A DNA stretch of 11,395 bases, taken from the NCBI GenBank assembly GCA_048941265.1, contig JBHLNT010000133.1, forward strand, positions 1 to 11,395, read 5' to 3'. Below, one piece after another: positions 7,901-11,395 of this stretch. The first letter of the stretch is position 1; each line of letters begins with the position of its first letter. The stretch is from Promethearchaeota archaeon (lineage in GTDB: Archaea > Asgardarchaeota > Lokiarchaeia > Sigyniarchaeales > SOKP01). The notes beneath the pieces are model-generated. The model was given only the letters and a program-made list of their open reading frames with translations, was not told the origin of the DNA and searched no databases. The position numbers and the translations under genes are program-made.

Positions 7901-9163
7901 TCGCTCTAAATCATCAGAATGAATAATATCAGCATAGGAAACTTTTCCAGAATAAAAATCTTCTGGTTCAAATCCAAATTGTCGAACGTTGTCACTAACA
8001 AAGTCTACAGGCCACCCTTCAGCATTACGCCATAGAAACACTACAGCAGGACTATGATTAATAATATGTTCCAAATTTTTAAGCTCGCCCTCTCGTTCCT
8101 TTAATTTTTGTTCAGCTACCTTACGTTCAGTAATATCATTACCAACAGACAAGATACCAATAAAATCTCCATTACGGCTTTTAATTGCTTTATTAGTCCA
8201 TGATACCCATACTTTTTTCCCGTTTTTTGTAATGTTTTCGTTATCAATATATTTATATCTTTCAGGATATTGGAATACATCTTTTACCATTTTCTCAAAA
8301 TTAGGTCCTAAGGTTTCCATTTTCGATACAATTGTGCTGAATTCATACCGCTCAACTAATTTTTCGTTAAAATCCCCAAAAAATGACTCACCATATTCAT
8401 TTAAGAATAAAATTTTTCCATTCCTATCAGTTCTTATAATTATGCAATTTGCATTTTCAACCAATTCACGGTACCTTTCTTCTGATAACCTTACCATTTG
8501 TTCAGCTTTTCTAAGTTCTGTAACATCGAGCAGAATTCCGCGTACTCCATCCTTTTTTTCAGTAGTATCATAGAATCTCTGATAATTGCTAAGTATCCAT
8601 TTGATAGTTCCATCTTTGGTTATAATACGATGTTCAATAGTGTTAGATTTTCTCCCACTTTTATTAAATTCTAGAATCTTTTCTTTAACTCTTTTGAAAT
8701 CATTTGGATGGATAAGCGAATCCCATTTTATACTTCTTGAGAGAAAATCCTCCTCTGTATAGCCAGTAATTTCTTTTACATTACCATGAAAAAAAGCAAC
8801 CGAAAAATCCGGATAACCTTGAAATGCAATTCCTTGAAAGTTTTGTATAAAATTTTGATATTTTTCTTCCGTGATTCTTAATTTTGTATTTAAAGTAGTA
8901 GTGTAATAATTTTGAAAATATATTAACGTAAGAATTAACAGAGTTATCACTATTAAACGCATCAAAAATTCGCGTGTATTAGAAATAAAAATTTCTTGAA
9001 TTAAATTGTTATTATTACTAAATAATACTAAATGAATTAAGGATTCAATAATCCAATAGAGAATAATTATTAAAATTCCGAAACCCACTGTCTTTTTACT
9101 TATCAATCTTATCCTAATTATAACAGAATTTATTAAGACAAAATTAAAGCCATTAACAAACAA
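4931..9163 (-). CDS. Membrane-anchored multi-sensor histidine kinase: 2 TM, PAS x5, GAF, PAS x2, HisKA, HATPase_c (up to 1410 aa)
   Basis: Two N-terminal hydrophobic helices. Seven PAS units end in D(I/V)(T/S)x motifs. GAF: ILNDVLASTLELMNFDGGCIY...LASIPL..LVGFLNV. H-box ASH1186ELKTPL, N-box NLIANA, G1 DSGIG, G2 GTGLGL. The true start may be the TTG at 9106, preceded by AGGA. Confidence 0.96.
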   Translation of the reverse strand: MFVNGFNFVLINSVIIRIRLISKKTVGFGILIIILYWIIESLIHLVLFSNNNNLIQEIFISNTREFLMRLIVITLLILTLIYFQNYYTTTLNTKLRITEEKYQNFIQNFQGIAFQGYPDFSVAFFHGNVKEITGYTEEDFLSRSIKWDSLIHPNDFKRVKEKILEFNKSGRKSNTIEHRIITKDGTIKWILSNYQRFYDTTEKKDGVRGILLDVTELRKAEQMVRLSEERYRELVENANCIIIRTDRNGKILFLNEYGESFFGDFNEKLVERYEFSTIVSKMETLGPNFEKMVKDVFQYPERYKYIDNENITKNGKKVWVSWTNKAIKSRNGDFIGILSVGNDITERKVAEQKLKEREGELKNLEHIINHSPAVVFLWRNAEGWPVDFVSDNVRQFGFEPEDFYSGKVSYADIIHSDDLERVGKEVSKYSEEEQRKEFVQEYRILTKSGKTRWLDDRTWIRRNSEGEITHYQGIILDITNRKLVEEKLRESEEKFRTITEQSLMGICIAQDNKIKYINKTYADIWGYSIEEMMQWGLKDAIKVIHPNDRAFALKQFLKKQRGEQDIIAHYQYRGFKKSGEIIWVDNYSKPIIYRGKSADLLTLFDITEKKEAEQKLRESEEKFRTIAEQSLIGIGIIQDNTVKYINHQVELILECDASELLGLNPFEYFKFVHPSDKEETLKQLKKIKLRNNKIYAEFQNRIITKKGNGKWINYIISNIIYNKKPAILVISTDITDLKNSESALKEHTRRLELINRIIKSGSKNEDLSKILNDVLASTLELMNFDGGCIYIITDNMKHAELFCHKNLSNEFIENEKWKNIDVSPYNIIFKNGKTIFSENYYKIDFQTAEKYGFLTLASIPLVTNKNLVGFLNVATKSKHNFPIQEKDLLLSIGRELGSVVSKIRAVEALKKSKKFLSDVFMSIQDGICIIDKNHNILQVNPKMEEWYSHATPIVGKKCFKLFCRSSEPCEDCYCFKSVVTNEPYIKIATKKQRNFQNDGIIEIFIFPFKEQETGEITGIVEYIRDISEKHEYMNKMMEYEKKSEDILENIKEGYFEVSLQGNFTFLNKALCQMLGYSNSELIGTNFNKFMDEDTNKKVRQFFYKVYKTGIPHTNFQFEILNKNLKNIFIETSLYLRYDVGNLKIGFCGLLRDITEQKKAEKIIREEINKLKELDILKNEFVYRASHELKTPLNSISSASNLLLELHKTKLDSRALNLIKIIIKGGERLEFLIKNLLDVSKIESGKFELNIQKENITEIIKEILKDLFYLIQEREMRINLIIDKDIYIMVDKIRIEQVLENLIANALYYTPPKGLISINAKVFTQFVEIYIIDSGIGFTEEEKNKIFKKFGKIERYGKGSNIITEGTGLGLYISKEIIELHDGKIWVESKGRNKGSKFIIRIPIIYQAETR
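7275..7699. repeat. Two 41-bp direct repeat copies (7275-7315 and 7659-7699; 39/41 identical; 384 nt apart) encoding the inter-PAS linker RESEEKFRTI(T/A)EQS
   Basis: Direct alignment of gattgttcggYaatagttctaaatttttcttccgaYtctct. Confidence 0.9.
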
Positions 9164-9188
9164 TAAAAAACTAATTACTTTTAATCTT

Positions 9189-9550
9189 ATGTCATGATTT
9201 TATACTTTGTTATCAAAAAACGAATTTTTCAAAGATGTAAAAATTCCTTTTGGGGGTAGGATTTCTATCATATTTAACTCAAGAAGAATTAATGTATAAG
9301 ATTTTTGTACAGACGAAGCATTAGAGCTGGGACCTATTTCAGAAAAAACAAGTATAAATTATGATACAATCATTTTATTTGATTCTTTAAGGCATAAAAG
9401 TTGAGATGGGAAATATTTTTATAGTATAAAAGATGGACATGTTATTGAGCTTATGTTGGTTTTTAGTTAAGATTATACCAAAAAATCGTCGGAAATGGCA
9501 ATATCACAAAAACTTTAAAGATTATTTATATATTTAACCAATTTAGATAA
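9189..9550 (+). pseudogene. Possible eroded gene remnant resembling the N-cap and first repeat of an LRR protein
   Basis: One frame (9189-9470) reads ..DFCTDEALELGPISEKTSINY..*DGKYFYSIKDGHVIELML with internal stops at 9195, 9297 and 9402. Frameshifted KIIPK / IVGN..LKIIYIFNQF fragments follow. The region looks more coding-like than the flanking intergenic DNA. Confidence 0.3.
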
Positions 9551-9708
9551 TACGTAATATAATTTCAGTATAAAATTAGATTCAGTTATTCATTTAAAGA
9601 TTTTTGCAACAGGAGTGCAATAATTCCTGAATTTTTCATTTTTTATTATGTAATGCATAATCAAGTGCAAAGTCTAATAACTAAGACAGAGATAATACGA
9701 AAATATTA

Positions 9709-10350
9709 TTACATTTTTATTGTATAAATTCCTTGAGCGCATAACCATGCAATAATAGCGAAAAAAGCTGACCATTCAGTAAAAATAGTTAATTCCCTGC
9801 TGAATTCAGGATATATACTCAATAGGAAATAAAATGATAAAAACAGAAAACTTAAAGGAGCCAATATAAATCCTGAAATTGAAAGTTTTCTTGGAATCTC
9901 TTGAATTATATATTCTGTAGTTCCAAATAAAATCAAAACAAAAAAGTTTCCAAAGAAGTACAATGTCGCACCTAATCCATGCAATTCAGGTTCTACATCA
10001 GCGGTAAAAACTACTACTAATATAGCGCCAACTGATGCAATGAAACCTGTTAATAATGATAGTAAAGCTAATATTTGATTTCCCCCCCTCTTCTCTAAAA
10101 ATCGCATCAAGTAAAGAAAAAAGAAATCATAAAAAATTGTAGATATAACCACTCCGAATTTATATACTATGTCGGAGTTATTTGGCCCGTAAGCTAAATC
10201 ACTAATGTAATTCGAGAATAAATTAAAGCTTGGATTTACTTGCATAAATAATACTACAGCAATTAATTTTGTTAGTAAAGAAATTCCAATTCCAATAAAA
10301 ACAAAATAACTGCCATTAAATTTTTCATAAAAATTGTCTATTTTTTCCAT
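9709..10350 (-). CDS. DUF998-family (Frag1/DRAM/Sfk1-like) multi-pass membrane protein, 213 aa
   Basis: About 6 hydrophobic segments, NYISDLAYG after TM1, LHGLGATLYF, and EW in the last helix, all typical of DUF998. Confidence 0.8.
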   Translation of the reverse strand: MEKIDNFYEKFNGSYFVFIGIGISLLTKLIAVVLFMQVNPSFNLFSNYISDLAYGPNNSDIVYKFGVVISTIFYDFFFLYLMRFLEKRGGNQILALLSLLTGFIASVGAILVVVFTADVEPELHGLGATLYFFGNFFVLILFGTTEYIIQEIPRKLSISGFILAPLSFLFLSFYFLLSIYPEFSRELTIFTEWSAFFAIIAWLCAQGIYTIKM

Positions 10351-10501
10351 AACTTCACATATATAATATTTTTTTGGAAATTTAAAATCTCAATTTATAA
10401 CCAGCTAAATAAAAATCTGTTATGTTTTATTTAAAATTTTTCATAACAAGATAACTCATAGGTTAGAAAAAAAACTATGTCTTTATTAAATTAGAGTTTT
10501 A

Positions 10502-10759
10502 TTACATCAAATTACTAATAGTTTTGCTAAATTCTTTAATAGCATTTGAAAATTCTTTCCTTAAAATGCTTTTATATAATGGATCTCTTTTCTCAAATGG
10601 GATTCTTTCTTCTCCAGTATAAATATCCATTCGATTACGACTTTGCATCAACTTAGAAAAAGGAACGACTCTGATAAAAATATTCTTAGATTCAAAGATA
10701 ATGCCATCTGAGTTTTCAGATAAGTTGTTACTTTTTTCTTTTATTGTTTCTAAACTCAT
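10502..10759 (-). CDS. Hypothetical protein, 85 aa
   Basis: ATG start, purine-rich upstream, protein-like composition, co-oriented with the DUF998 gene. No recognisable motif. Confidence 0.65.
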   Translation of the reverse strand: MSLETIKEKSNNLSENSDGIIFESKNIFIRVVPFSKLMQSRNRMDIYTGEERIPFEKRDPLYKSILRKEFSNAIKEFSKTISNLM

Positions 10760-10851
10760 TTTATCTCTTTCAAGAAAATTAGTGAATTTTTATATTATAA
10801 GTCCCGTTATTTTGAAAATTTATTTTATTTTATCATATTCTTACAAATGCC

Positions 10852-10888
10852 TTATTCTAATAGTGATAATTTTTATTCTAATAGTGAT
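10852..10888. repeat. Perfect 16-bp direct repeat TTATTCTAATAGTGAT x2 with 21-bp period
   Basis: Copies at 10852-10867 and 10873-10888, about 95 bp upstream of the 85-aa gene. Confidence 0.85.
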
Positions 10889-11264
10889 GTAATATCTCAA
10901 TATCACGCAATTTACTCTTTGCTATACATAAAGGTATAAATTTTTTATAAAAATCCAGAAATCAACAGCCTTATCTCATATAAAAAGGTAGAGTTTCATG
11001 TATATTTCATAATAATCATAATACATCAGATTCGTAAAAAAACGAGTGAGGCACTTATTTTATAATTACGGTGTATTATGTATTATTATTTCTTTCGAAT
11101 ATCAAAATTTTTAATCAAAAATACCAATGTTTATAATTAATTCACCATTATTCCAAAATCTTATATTAAGACACTATTCGAAATAGTAAAACACTGCATC
11201 AAAGTGTTTCTTTAAATCAATTTTGGGATTTAACTATAATTTAAAAACAGTGAATCCAAATACA

Positions 11265-11318
11265 TATATATAAATATGACCATTTTATGATCATAATATG
11301 GTCATAAAGTGATCATAA
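11265..11318 (+). promoter_or_regulatory. TATA box (TATATATAAA, 11265-11274) followed directly by four 11-bp-periodic palindromic boxes (TATGRYCATA consensus); probable operator array
   Basis: TATGACCATTT / TATGATCATAA / TATGGTCATAA / AGTGATCATAA at 11275, 11286, 11297 and 11308. SD GAGGAG at 11332-11337. Confidence 0.7.
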
Positions 11319-11347
11319 GAAAACTTAAAATGAGGAGTATAATAAAT

Positions 11348-11395
11348 ATGGCAAAAAGAGATAAATTTATTAAAATTATGTTAACTGAGAGAGAA
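11348..11395 (+). CDS. 5' end of a gene cut by the window edge (MAKRDKFIKIMLTERE...), possibly a ribbon-helix-helix protein
   Basis: ATG 10 nt after GAGGAG, open to the window end. An alternating strand (FIKIML) followed by a T-E helix cap resembles RHH N-termini. Only 16 codons are visible. Confidence 0.6.
   Translation, partial: MAKRDKFIKIMLTERE

Noticed and set aside
5415-8573. Four + strand ORFs (5415..5609, 5961..6179, 7529..7717, 8232..8573)
   Set aside because: All lie antisense within the intact histidine kinase gene.
8633-8642. TTCAATAGTG, the reverse complement of the putative IS left end CACTATTGAA (also CACTATT-like words near 10860 and 11172)
   Set aside because: It lies inside an uninterrupted CDS, and short AT-rich matches are expected by chance. 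No composite element is supported.
9610-9629. CAGGA-N10-TCCTG hairpin and nearby TGCAA words
   Set aside because: A 5-bp stem with irregular spacing cannot be distinguished from chance.
10701-10892. 63-aa + strand ORF
   Set aside because: Overlaps the 85-aa gene antisense; its hydrophobic tail comes from AT-rich DNA and the direct repeat.
10852-11318. CRISPR array interpretation of the short repeats
   Set aside because: Repeats are 11-16 bp without spacer-length unique sequence, and there are no cas genes.

Overview
Very AT-rich archaeal DNA, most likely Asgard (Lokiarchaeia/Promethearchaeota). This is inferred from three roadblock/LC7 genes, a V4R-like protein, GGTGA/GGAG Shine-Dalgarno motifs and a giant PAS-GAF histidine kinase. 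From left to right the window holds: (1) a + strand cluster of a V4R/MetOD1-like protein, an uncalled 41-aa three-Cys microprotein, two stand-alone roadblocks and a coiled-coil-roadblock fusion, with no small GTPase in the cluster; (2) a decayed transposase fragment with three in-frame stops; (3) an unusual ribbon-helix-helix/HisKA/receiver protein with no ATPase domain, tail-to-tail with a 1410-aa membrane-anchored 7xPAS+GAF histidine kinase; (4) a probable eroded gene remnant, a DUF998-like membrane protein and a small hypothetical; (5) a promoter overlaid by four 11-bp-phased palindromic repeats ahead of a truncated RHH-like gene. The best candidates for undescribed biology are the RHH-HisKA-REC protein with its kinase, and the V4R/Cys-microprotein/roadblock cluster. 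All family assignments come from motif recognition by eye, not from database searches.
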